Shown here: one piece after another, positions 24,124 through 36,336 of the stretch | Layout: the number at the start of each line of letters is the position of its first letter | Position numbering within the stretch: the stretch's first letter is position 1 | Origin: Paramoeba atlantica | Lineage: Eukaryota; Protista; Discosea | DNA: 64,000 nt | Reading direction: 5' to 3' | NCBI GenBank assembly: GCA_977017575.1 | Contig: CDRNVI010000178.1 | Span: forward strand, 62,001 to 126,000 | Notes under the pieces: model-generated | What the model was told of the DNA's origin: nothing | Database searches by the model: none | The model's input: the letters and a program-made list of their open reading frames with translations, nothing else | Made by a program: the position numbers and the translations under genes

Positions 24124-27100
24124 ATGGATGGAACCTGGGACAGAAGAGAAAGAGGACGGAGTCTTAGTCGAAGCCCGAGTCGTAGCCCATCACGAAGTTT
24201 AAGTCGAAGTCCAAGTCGAAGTCGGAGTCCAAGCCGAAGTTTGAGTCGAAGTCCGAGCCGAAGTCGGAGCCTGAGTCCTCGTAGCCGGAGCAGGAGCAGA
24301 AGTAGAAGCAATAGTTTGAGCCCTTCAAAGAGAAATGACGACAATCGTTCCTTCAGAAGAGGGAGAAGTCGCAGCCCAACAAATGAGAGAGAATGGAACC
24401 CACGAATAGAGCAACAACAACACCAACAACACCAACAACAACAACAACAACAACATCATCAATACCATCATCGTGGAAGGGGTCCTTCACCAGGTTATCA
24501 CCATCATGGCGCTCAAGATCGAGGATATTTTGATGATCGAAGTGGTTCTCATTCTTCTTCTTCTTCACATCATCCTCCCTCTTCTTATCAAGATCATCGA
24601 TCGAGAAAACGATTTCGTGATGGGGATCAGCACTCCCATTTTGAGAATCCAGACAAACGCTCTCGCCGTTTTGATTCAGAACGTTCGAGGTATCTCAAAA
24701 ACTCTCTCTTTTTCTTTCATTTTGTTGGAACATTTTCATTTTAGTCTTATTTTGAACCAAAATTTTCTATTTTTTATTTTATTTATTAACTCAAAAAAAA
24801 AAACCAAATAGACAAGGATCTGGTGGAGGACATTGGCATAATGGTGGAGGAAGAAAGAGAGAATTATCTCCTCGTCAAATCCCAGAAAGTCTTTATGATG
24901 CACCTCAGATGACACTTCCTGCATTTTGTCAATACTTTAATGTTCGGGCTGATTTGGCAACACGTTCTTTCCAAGTGTATATTGAGGAACATCAACGTCG
25001 ACGAGACCGATCCTTCTTTAAATCACATGGAGACGAAGAATGGTTCAAAGAAAAATATCAGCCTGATTACCTTGAAACCTTTTCTAAAATTCGCTATGAA
25101 AAATCTCGAAAAGGAGTGGCAGAACTCATTTCAAATCCAACTTTGATTAAACAATGGCCTTCCTTGAACTTTGCTCCAAATGTAGCCATGGAAGAAAATT
25201 TTTCACCCAAAAGACAACCAAAGTCTCCTGATTCACCCCAACTTCCCTCAAAGGAGCCATCTCCTTCTGACCCTTCGACGAATTTGGAAGAAAAAACTTC
25301 TTCTTCTTTATCAGAAGGTGCGAAGAGTTCCTCTCCCACTCCTCCAGACCAAAGTGAAACCAAAGAAAAGGACTCGACAATGGAAGATAGTGATGATGTT
25401 CTCGATGCTCCTCTTCCAATGGATTCAAATACAATGGCAACTGACGAAGATGCGAAAAGAGAGAAGGAGGAGGAGGAGGAGGAGGAGAGAGAAGAGCTAC
25501 CAACAGCAAAACCAGATGCTGAAAAGAAGGAAGTGACTGAAGGATCTCTCTCTTTATCAGCATTGTATGCAACAAATGTCGGAGTGGATATCAAAGAGAG
25601 TGATCTCAGAGAAGCTTTTATCAATGCTGATGGTTGTCAATTGCTTCATCTTGTCATCTCTGATCCAATTCCACAGAAAGGATTTTCAAGGATTGTGTGG
25701 GCGGTATATCGATCACCAGAAGAACGCGATACTGCTCTCTCTCTTCTACAATCCAAATCTCTAAAGTTTGGTGAAGGAGAGGAGCAGTTGGATTTGCGAG
25801 TTCACAAAAATACAGGAAAACAAAGTCTCTTTAAAGAGAATCACAACATCTGTCCTCCTTTAGCTGGAAAACCACAACGCCTCCAACATGATCTTGATAT
25901 TGCTCTCCAAATAATTAAAAAGGTATTCAATTTTTTTTTTAAAATTATCTTTTTTTTTTCTCAGAACGAATTTGATAACTTTTTGTGATTAACGAGATTT
26001 TTCTTTTTTTCCTTTTTAAAAAACAGTTGGATGCTGAAGTGGAAATCAAAGAAAATCCTTTGGATGAGATCAAAGATGATGAAGAAGAAGAGATCTCAGT
26101 TCGGTTGGACCGGCTGTTGAACTATCTTCGAATTATTCATTGCTTTTGTTATTACTGTGGCATTTGGTTCGTCTTTTTTTCTTCTCTTTTTTCTCTTTTT
26201 TCTTCTTTTTTTCTCGAATCAAAAAAAATTTCCTTTTTTTTTTTTTAACCACCCCAAACAATAAACAGGTACCCTAATGAAACTGAGATGTTGAGAAAGT
26301 GTGGAAAGTGTCATGTTCGTCCTTTGTATGAAGAAGGTTCAGAAGTCGTGTCGGATATCGATCAAGACTGGGCTTCGACGTTGAATGATCGTTTGGCGGA
26401 ATTTACATCAAATTCATTTAACCCAGCTTTGAAATTTGGTTCACGGGTTGAAGAACGAGTTTTCCAAGAGTTTTCTGAACAGCACACAGGGCAAGAAGCT
26501 GATAACAAATTTCGATGCAGAGCGACTGATTCATGTAACAAGCTATTTAAGGGAGAAGATTTTCTCCATAAACATTTTCGATTAAAGCACCCTGATTTGT
26601 TAGACGAAACATTCCGCCATGCCAAGAGCGAAGAATCATTCGAAAATTATCACACAGACCCCAAAAAAGTAATTTCTCCTCATCAAACGAAAGATGGAGA
26701 AATTATACATGGAGGAGGAGGTGGTGGTGGTGGGGGAAGAAATCAAGAGTTTGGGACAACACACAGAAACTATCCAATGCGTCCACCAGGTCGATTTGGT
26801 CCTCCTCAACCTGATGCAATGGTCCCTCTTCCATTTCCTCCTTATGGCGGAGGGATGCAACCTTTTCGAAATCATCCTTACCAACAACAACGTGGCGGTG
26901 GTGGTGGTGGTGGTGGTGGTGGTGGTGGTGGTCATCGACGAGATTATCCTGACCCTTCTTTTGAACCTCCTCCCCCTTTTTATCCACCAATGGTTTGGAT
27001 TGTTTTTTTTTGATTTCTTTTGAAACAAGCCAAAGATTCTTTGTTTTGTCTTTTTTTTTTTTAATACCTTTGGCTTTTGTCTGTGGCACAATTTTTTTTT

Positions 27101-27293
27101 TTGATTCAATTTCTTTCTTTTTACTGACTATTCAACTCAGGGAGTGCGAGCAGCAGGGTTTGGTGCAATGGGAGGGCATCCAATGATGCCACCAGTTGAC
27201 CCCCGTGGGATTCGACAATACGTGGATTTGGATGCTCCTTCTGAAGAGACCCCGATTGATTATCGAACTTCCATTGATTACTCCGATCTTTGA
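24124..27293 (+). CDS. SRRT: SERRATE/ARS2 RNA effector (multi-exon) with an N-terminal RS-rich tract
   Basis: FFKSHGDEEWFKEKYQP; LDRLLNYLRIIHCFCYYCG; zinc finger KFRCRATDSCNKLFKGEDFLHKHFRLKH; C-terminal DPRGIRQYVDLDAP..IDYR. Confidence 0.93.
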
Positions 27294-27559
27294 AGAAGAA
27301 GAAAAAAAGATTGTCTCCTCTTCTCTCTCTCTCTCTCTCTCTCTCTTCTTCTTCTTCTTCTAATGTGTGGGTGTGTCTCTTGTGAAGTTTGTGTGCTCCT
27401 CTTCTCTCAAAGGATGGTGATTTTGATAAGATTGGATTTGATAAATTTTTATGGGAATTGAGAAAGAGGGAGTAAAGATTCCCCCCCCACCAAAAAAAAA
27501 AACAGTTCTTTGAGAGTATTATTGGGTAAAGAACTCTTGGTTGTTGGGGTCAGGAGGAT

Positions 27560-28114
27560 TTATTGTCCCCTTTTCTTCTGTGTACTGATATAAAGCACTG
27601 AGAATTTTTTTTTTTGTCAGAAAATAAAAATCATAACAAACTTTTTTGTAAACAAAAATGGGGAAAAAGGAGAAAAAGAAAGAAAAAGAAAGAGACCATT
27701 GTTCCCACGAATAAAAGCATCACCAATGTATTTGTTCTTTTTTCCTCCCATGTACTCCTCAGTTTGTTCCATAGCAATGTTCATATATCTGTTTTTTGTT
27801 TGGAGTCAAAAAAGTTTTAAAAAGACTTTTCGCTTTTTTTTGAAGAATCAAAAAACATACCCATCCAAACTGTTTTGAAAAAAATCAGAACTTTCAAGAG
27901 AAGAGAGAGAGAGAGAGAGAAAAAAAAAACGAGAGAAAAAAAGGGAAAAAGAAAAAGAAAAAGAAAAGAAGAAAGAGAAGAAACAAAACCAGGCCAGAAT
28001 TCCATGATAAGTAATCCCAGAAAGGAGTTTGACAATGACTGGGCGTCCAATTACATGTCTTAAAAAATCAGAGGGACTTTTTCTCTCCACTTCTCCTCCT
28101 GCGCTTGTTTCCAT
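27560..28114 (-). CDS. LSM6: U6 snRNA-associated Sm-like protein LSm6, 4 exons
   Basis: Spliced: KSPSDFLRHVIGRPVIVKLLSGITYHGILAC|LDG|YMNIAMEQTEEY..GDAFIRGNN|VLYISTQK. Includes a 9-nt exon at 27861-27869. Confidence 0.93.
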
Positions 28115-28458
28115 CTCTCTTTCTCTCTTTCTCTCTCTTTCTCTCTTCGAACAAAAGAGAAAAAGCAAAAAACAAAAAAAAAACGTCAAAGTCAAAAACC
28201 GCCCCGTTTTTTCTCCTGTTCTTTTTCTCTAATTTTTCTTTTTTCTGCTCTCTTGATTTTTCTCTCTTGACTTTTCTCTTCTTTGTTTTTCTTCTCTCTC
28301 TCTTGACTTTCTTATTTAGAGGATTTTGTGTTTATTGTCCATTTAAAAAATTGAAAACAGGGTTCTCTTTGTCTCTACATTTTGTTATTTGTTATGAACT
28401 TCTCCCCTCCCTCTCCCCTTCACAATCATTCTCTTTCTATTCCCAAACTCTCAAAACT

Positions 28459-30251
28459 TTAATTTTCTTGTTTTGTTCGAGCTGGTTTTATCGTTCGTCC
28501 CTACAAACCAAAGAAAAACAATATGAGATAACATTCATTTCCACACTTCATTATTATTCAACTTTCACCCAAAAAAAGAAAATAAAAAATTTGAAGAAAA
28601 GAGAAAAATGTCAAAAAAAAGAGAAGAGAGAAATAAATAAATAAAACCTTTAATCGAATGATCAATTCAACAATGTTCTGATTTTTTGCAACATCAAGAA
28701 CTGTTTTACCATTCTAACAAAAAGAAAAGAAAAGAAAAAGAAAGTTTGAGAAAAGAATCCCCATTCCCCCATTCCCCCACAAATCAACAAGTAAAATTTT
28801 CAATCAATATCAAGAAAGAAAATCAAAACTTGATTTTGAAGATGAATGTTCGATCCATACTCAACAAGAATTTTCACAATTTCTTTAAAACCATTGGAAG
28901 CAGCACAGTGAAGAGCGGTCCAGCCATCCTTAAACAAAAAGAAATTGTTAAAAGAATAAAAACAAAATAAAGATCACACAAACCAACTAAACAACATCAT
29001 GAACAACCAAGAATTTAACCGCACAAATAAAAATGAAATCAAAAAAAAAAGAAAATCAAAACTTTGGTTTGAAGATCAACATTGGATCCATGTTCAAGAA
29101 GAATCTTCACAATTTCTTCAAAACCATAGAAAGTAGCACGGTGAAGAGCGGTCCAGCCATTCTTAACAAAAAGAAGTTGTTAAAAGAATAAAAACAAAAC
29201 AAAAGATCACACAACCACCACATAACATGAACAAGAATGAACATGAGAAATCAAATGAAAAAGAAAGAAAATCAAAACATTGTTTTTAAGATGAACATTG
29301 GATCCATGTTCAAGAAGAATCTTCACAATTTCTTCAGAACCAGAGGAAGCAGCATCGTGAAGAGCGGTCCAGCCATCCTTAAACAAAAAGAAATTTGTTA
29401 AAAGAATAAAACAAATGATCACACCAACACGAACAACAGGAATCATCAAATGAGAAAACAAGTAAAAAAGAAAGAAAATCAAAACTTGATCTTGAAGATG
29501 AACATTGGATCCATGTTCAAGAAGAATCTTCACAATTTCTTCAGAACCATTGGAAGCAGCATAGTGAAGAGCGATCTTTCCAATCTTAACAAAAAAAAGG
29601 TTGTTAAAGATAAAACAAAACAAAAGATCACACAACCACCACATAACATGAACAAGAATGAACATGAGAAATCAAATGAAAAAGAAAGAAAATCAAAACA
29701 TTGTTTTGAAGATGAACATTGGATCCATGCTCAAGAAGAATCTTCACAATTTCTTTAGAACCAGAGGAAGCAGCATAGTGAAGAGCGGTCCAGCCATCCT
29801 TAAACAAAAAGAAATTTGTTAAAAGAATAAAACAAATGATCACACCAACACAAACAACAGGAATCATCAAATGAGAAAACAAGTAAAAAAGAAAAAAATC
29901 AAAACTTCCTCTTGAAGATCAACATTGGATCCATGTTCAAGAAGAATCTTCACAATTTCTTCAAAACCATTGAAAGCAGCAGAGTGAAGAGCGGTCTCTC
30001 CATTCTTAACAAAAAGAGTAGTTGTTAAAAGAAAAAAATGAAAAGAGAGAGAGAGAAAAGAAACAAAAGACAGAAGAAAGAAAATTGTTTTTGAAATAAA
30101 CCTTGTCAGTGAACTTGAAGTTGATATCAAGTTTGAATTGTTTGTTTTCTTTTCCAAGAAGAAGAGCTTTGACAACTTCTTCATCTCCATTCTCAACACC
30201 TTCAAAAAGATTCTTTGTTTCTTTGTTTGGACCTTCTTCTTCTTCGTCCAT
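28459..30251 (-). CDS. Ankyrin-repeat cassette gene A (N-cap exon + 6 single-repeat exons + C-cap + tail)
   Basis: MDEEEEGPNKETKNLFEGVENGDEEVVKALL exon, six 99-nt AG/GT-bounded exons of pattern xGxTALHxAAxxGxEEIVKILLEHGSNVxLQxx, NGKTVLDVAKNQ cap, tail GRTIKPARTKQEN*. Confidence 0.88.
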
Positions 30252-30657
30252 CTTTCTTCTTTGATGTTTTTTTGTGAGACCAAGAGAGAGAGATGGAAAG
30301 GGAAAGAGGGGAAAGGGGGGGAAAAGGAAAGAGGGAAAAAGAAAAAGAGAGAGGGACACCGTGAAAATGATGTCCCCTTTTTCTCTTTTGAACTTTTTCG
30401 AAAAAGTTGAGAAGTTTTGACTTTTCAACTTCAAAAATCTCAAACCTCAAATGATTGAGAGGAGAAAAAAGAAGGAAAAGAATCAAAAAGAAAAATGATG
30501 GTGAAAGGAGTTTTTTTCCATGTTTTTTTCCATTTCAAAAATTTGAAAAATGGTTCTATTTTGTGTCTCTCTGTTTCTTTCTCCCTCTCTCTGTCTTTTT
30601 CCCCTCTTCTCCCCTCCTTCTCCCTTTCTCGATTTCTATTCTCAAACTCTCAAATAT

Positions 30658-32660
30658 TTAATTTTCTTGTTTTGTTCGAGCTGGTTTTATTGTTCGTCCC
30701 TACAAACCAAAGAAAACAATATGAGATAACATTCATTTCCACACTTCATTATTATTCAACTTTCACCCAAAAAAAGAAAATAAAAAATTTGAGAAAAGAA
30801 AAATGTCAAAAAAAAGAGAAGAGAGAAATAAATAAATAAAACCTTTAGTTGAATGATCAATTCAACAATGTTCTGATTTTTTGCAACATCAAGAACTGTT
30901 TTACCATTCTAACAAAAAGAAAAGAAAGGAAAAAAAAAGTTTGAGAAAAGAATCCCTCCAATCCCCTCCCAACTCCCATCCCTCTTTTCCCCCCTTCCCC
31001 CCTTCCCCCATTCCCCCCACTCCCCCACCACACAATCCAACAAATCAACAAGTAAAATTTTAAGTCAATATCAAGAAAGAAAATCAAAACTTGATTTTGA
31101 AGATGAATGTTGGATCCATACTCAACAAGAATTTTTACAATTTCTTCAAAAGCATAGGAAGCAGCAAGGTGAAGAGCGGTCAAGCCATCCTTAACAAAAA
31201 GAAGTTGTTAAAAGAATAAAAACAAAAGAAAGATCACAACCAATAAAACAACATGAACATCCAAGAATTTAACCACAACACAAAGAAAATCAAAACTTCA
31301 GTTTGAAGATCAACATTGGATCCATGTTCAACAAGAATTTTCACAATTTCTTCAAAACCATTGGAAGCAGCTTTGTGAAGAGCGGTTAAGCCATACTTAA
31401 CAAAAAAAGGTTATTAAAAGAATAAAAACAAAATAAAGATCACACAGCCAACAAGAATTTAACCACAACAAATAAAATGAGAAATCAAAAAGAAAGAAAA
31501 TCAAAACATAATTTTGAAGATCAACATTGGATCCATGTTTAAGAAGAATCTTCACAATTTCTTCAAAACCATTCTCAGTGGCAAGGTGAAGAGCAGAGCC
31601 ATACTTAACAAAAAGAAATTGTTAAAAAAATAAAAACAAAATAAAGATCACACAACCAATAAAACAACATGAACATCCAAGAATTTAACCACAACACAAA
31701 GAAAATCAAAACTTCAGTTTGAAGATCAACATTGGATCCATGTTCAACAAGAATTTTCACAATTTCTTCAAAACCATTGGAAGCAGCAAGGTGAAGAGCG
31801 GTCAAGCCATACTTAACAAAAAAAGGTTATTAAAAGAATAAAAACAAAATAAATATCACACAACCAACAAGAATTTAATCACAACAAATAAAAGAGAAAT
31901 CAAAAAGAAAGAAAATCAAAACATAATTTTGAAGATCAACATTGGATCCATGTTTAAGAAGAATCTTCACAATTTCTTCAAAACCATTCTCAGCAGCAAG
32001 GTGAAGAGCAGAGCCATCCTTAACAAAAAGAAATTGTTAAAAAAATAAAAACAAAATAAAGATCACACAACCAACAAAACAACATGAACATCCAAGAATT
32101 TAACCACAACACAAAGAAAATCAAAACATAATTTTGAAGATCAACATTGGATCCATGTTTAAGAAGAATCTTCACAATTTCTTCAAAACCATAGGAAGCA
32201 GCAAGGTGAAGAGCAGAGCCATCCTTAACAAAAAGAAATTGTTAAAAAAATAAAAACAAAAGAAAGATCACACAACCAATAAAACAACATGAACATCCAA
32301 GAATTTAACCACAACACAAAGAAAATCAAAACTTCAGTTTGAAGATCAACATTGGATCCATGTTCAACAAGAAGCTTCACAATTGCTTCAGAACCTTTCT
32401 CAGCAGCTTTGTGAAGAGCGGTTATTCCATACTTTAAGAAAAAAAGAAGTTGTTAAAAAAAAGAAACAAAGAACCAAGAGAGAACAGAAGAAAGAAAGGT
32501 TTTGAAAAACCTTGTCATCAAACTTGAAGTTGATATCAAGTTTGAATTGTTTGTTTTCTTTTCCAAGAAGAAGAGCTTTGACAACCTCTTCATCTCCATT
32601 CTCAACACCTTCAAAAAGATTCTTTGTTTCTTTGTTTGGACCTTCTTCTTCTTCGTCCAT
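30658..32660 (-). CDS. Ankyrin-repeat cassette gene B (7 repeat exons)
   Basis: Same architecture. Three exons are 96 nt (one codon deleted, xG-SALH). Repeats 3-4 and 5-6 look like a duplicated pair. Confidence 0.88.
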
Positions 32661-32845
32661 CTTTCTTCTTTGATGTTTTTTTGTGAGACCAAGAGAGAGA
32701 GAGAGAGAGAAAAGAGAGAGACAAGGTGTTGATATTTTGTTTTTTTTGGATGAGAAGAGAAAATGGACAAATGGTTTGGAGGGACACATCAATAATGGTG
32801 TCCCCTCTTCTTTTTCTTTTTCTCTTTCACAAAAACGCAAGAAAG

Positions 32846-34263
32846 ATGGACAAAGAAGAAGAAGGTCCAAACAAAGAAACAAAGAATCTTTTTGAAGGTG
32901 TTGAGAATGGAGATGAAGAAGTTGTCAAAGCTCTTCTTCTTGGAAAAGAAAACAAACAATTCAAACTTGATATCAACTTCAAGTTTGATGACAAGGTTTA
33001 TTTCAAAAACAATTTTCTTTTTCCTTTTTTTTCTCTCTCTCTCTCTTTTCATTTTTTTTTTAACAACTTCTTTTTGTTAAGTATGGAGAGACCACTCTTC
33101 ACAAAGCTGCTGAGTATGGTTTTGAAGAAATTGTGAAGATTCTTCTTGAACATGGATCCAATGTTGATCTTCAAACTGAAGTTTTGATTTTCTTTCATAT
33201 TGATTTTCATTTCTCATTTGATTTGTTGTTGTTCATTCTTGGTTGTTCATGTTGTGTGATGGTTGGGTGATCATTTGTTTTTTCTTTTTTCTTTTCACAA
33301 CTTCTTTTTGTTAAGTTTGGCTGGATCGCTCTTCACTCTGCTGCTTACGGTGGCTTTGAAGAAATTGTGAAGATTCTTCTTAAACATGGATCCAATGTTG
33401 ATCTTCGAACCGAAGTTTTGATTTTCTTTCTTGATTTTTCATTTCTTATTTGATTTGTTGTTGTTAATTCTTGGATGTCCATGTTGTCCTGATGGTTTGT
33501 GTGATCTTTTGTTTTGTTTTATTCTTTTAACAACTTTCTTTTTGTTAAGTTTGGCTTGACCGCTCTTCACTTTGCTGTTTCCAATGGTTTTGAAGAAATT
33601 GTGAAGATTCTTCTTGAACATGGAGCGAACATTCATCTTCAAAATCAAGTTTTGATTTTCTTTGTGTTGTGGTTAAATTCTTGGATGTTCATGATGTTGT
33701 TCTGATGGTTGTGTGATATTTATTTTGTTTTATTCTTTTAACAATTTCTTTTTGTTTAAGTATGGAGAGACCGCTCTTCACTATGCTGCTTCCAATGGTT
33801 TTGAAGAAATTGTGAAAATTCTTGTTGAGTATGGATCGAACATCCATCTTCAAAATCAAGTTTTGATTTTCTTTCTTGATATTGATTGAAAATTTTACTT
33901 GTTGATTTGTTGGATTGTGGGTTAGGGGAATGGGGGAATGGGGGAATGGGGATTGGAGGGATTCTTTTCTCAAACTTTCTTTTTCTTTTCTTTTCTTTTT
34001 GTTAGGATGGTGAAACGGTTCTTGATGTTGCAAAAAATCAGAACATTGTTGAATTGATCATTCAACTCAAGGTTTTATTTATTTATTTATTTCTCTCTTC
34101 TCTTTTTTTTGACATTTTTCTCTTTTCTTCAAATTTTTTATTTTCTTTTTTGGGTGAAAGTTGAATAATAATGAAGTGTGGAAATGAATGTTATCTCATA
34201 TTGTTTTTCTTTGATTTGTAGGGACGAACAATCAAACCAGCTCGAACAAAACAAAAAAATTAA
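32846..34263 (+). CDS. Ankyrin-repeat cassette gene C (4 repeat exons)
   Basis: MDKEEEGP start; repeats YGETTLHKAAEYG, FGWIALHSAAYGG, FGLTALHFAVSNG, YGETALHYAASNG; tail GRTIKPARTKQKN*. Confidence 0.88.
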
Positions 34264-34598
34264 AGATATAAAATTTTGAGAATAGAAATAGAGAAAGGGA
34301 GAAGGAGGGGAGAAAAACGGAGAGACACGAAATAGAACCATTTTTCAAATTGTTTCAAAAAACGGAAAAAAAACATGGAAAAAAACTCCTTTCACCATCA
34401 TTTTTCTTTTTGATTCTTTTCTCCTCTCAACCATTTGAGGTTTGAGATTTTTGAAATTGAAAAGTCAAACTTCTCAACTTCAAAAAAGTTCAAAAGAGAA
34501 AAAGGGGACAGCCTTTTTCTGGTGTCCCTCTCTCTTTTTCTTTTTCCCTCTTTCCCTTTCCATCTCTTGGTCTCACAAAAAAACATCAAAGAAGAAAG

Positions 34599-36121
34599 AT
34601 GGACGAAGAAGAAGGTCCAAACAAAGAAACAAAGAATCTTTTTGAAGGTGTTGAGAATGGAGATGAAGAAGTTGTCAAAGCTCTTCTTCTTGGAAAAGAA
34701 AACAAACAATTCAAACTTGATATCGACTTCAAGTTCACTGACAAGGTTTATTTCAAAAACAATTTTCGTTTTCCTTTTTTTCTTTCTCTCTCTCTTTTTT
34801 CATTTTTCTTTCTTTCTTTCTTTCCTTTTCTCTCTTGGTTCTTTGTTTCTTTTTTTTAAATTTCTTTTTGTGAAGGAGGAAGTGACTGCTCTTTACTGTG
34901 CTGTGAGCAAAGGTTTGAAACAAATTGTGAAGATTCTTCTTGAACATGGATCCAATGTTGATCTTCAAACTGAAGTTTTAATTTTCTTTGTGTTGTGGTT
35001 AAATTCTTGGATGTTCATGATGTTTTGTTGGTTGTGTGATCTTTATTTTGTTTTTATTCTTTTAACAATTTCTTTTTGTTAAGTTTGGCTGGACTGCTCT
35101 TCACTATGCTGCTTCCTATGGTTTTGAAGAAATTGTGAAGATTCTTCTTGAACATAGATCCCATGTTGATCTTCAAGAGGAAGTTTTGATTTTCTTTCTT
35201 TTTGATTTCTCATTTTATTTGTTGTGGTTAAATTCTTGTTGGTTGTGTGATCTTTATTTTATTTTTACTCTTTTAACAACTTCTTTTTGTTAAGTATGGC
35301 TTGACCGCTCTTCACTATGCTGCTTCCAATGGTTTTGAACAAATTGTGAAGATTCTTCTTAAACATGGATCCAATGTTGATCTTCAAACCGAAGTTTGAT
35401 TTCTTTTTTTTTGATTTTTGATTTTTCATTTCTCATTTGATTTGTTGTTAAATCTTGGATGCTCATGTTGTTCTGATGGTTTGTGATATTTATTTTGTTT
35501 TATTCTTTTAACCACTTCTTTTTGTTAAGGCTGGAAAGACCGCTCTTCACTATGCTGCTTCCTCTGGTTCTAAAGAAATTGTGAAGATTCTTCTTAAACA
35601 TGGAGCCAATGTTGATCTTCAAAATTATGTTTTGATTTTCTTTCTTTTTCATTTGATTTCTCATGTTCATTCTTGTTCATGTTATGTGGTGGTTGTGATC
35701 TTTTGTTTTGTTTTTTCTTTAACAACCTTTTTTTTGTTAAGATTGGAAAGACCGCTCTTCACAAGGCTGCTTCCAATGGTTTTGAAGAAATTGTAAAAAT
35801 TCTTGTTGAGTATGGATCCAACATTAATATCCAAACCACAGTTTTGATTTCTTTTTTGATTTTTTAAAGAAATATTTTTGTTCCCACTTTTTACTTGTTG
35901 GTTCTTTTTCAAACTTTCTTTTCTTTTTGTTAGGGTGGGAAAACAGTCCTTGATGTTGCACAAAATCAGGACATTGTTGAATTGATCATCCAATTGAAGG
36001 TTTCATTTTTTTTTTGGTTGAAGTTGACGATTAATCAAGTGTGGAAATGAATGTTTTTTCTCATATTTTTCTTTGATTGTAGGGACGAACGATAAAACCA
36101 GCTCGAACAAAAGGAAAATAA
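34599..36121 (+). CDS. Ankyrin-repeat cassette gene D (5 repeat exons)
   Basis: Repeats EEVTALYCAVSKG, FGWTALHYAASYG, YGLTALHYAASNG, AGKTALHYAASSG, IGKTALHKAASNG; tail GRTIKPARTKGK*. Confidence 0.88.
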
Positions 36122-36336
36122 AGTTTTGAGAGTTTGAGAAAAAAAATAGAATTAGGATGGGAGGGATAAGTTCACAACAAATGTAGAGACACAAAGAAGA
36201 AAATAAAGAATCAAAAAACAAATGACAAAAGGAGGTTTCTCATTTGTGGTTCCCAAATATTAATAATAAAAAGAAAAATAAAGTGTTCTGCTTCTCAAGA
36301 GAAGAAGACATTGTTGTTGTTGCGAGTTGGTTTGAA

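Noticed and set aside
28650-35850. Regularly spaced ~210-bp repeats as a CRISPR-like array or satellite
   Set aside because: The conserved units are AG/GT-bounded exons encoding ankyrin repeats, and the spacers are homologous T-rich introns. There are no cas genes and the context is eukaryotic.
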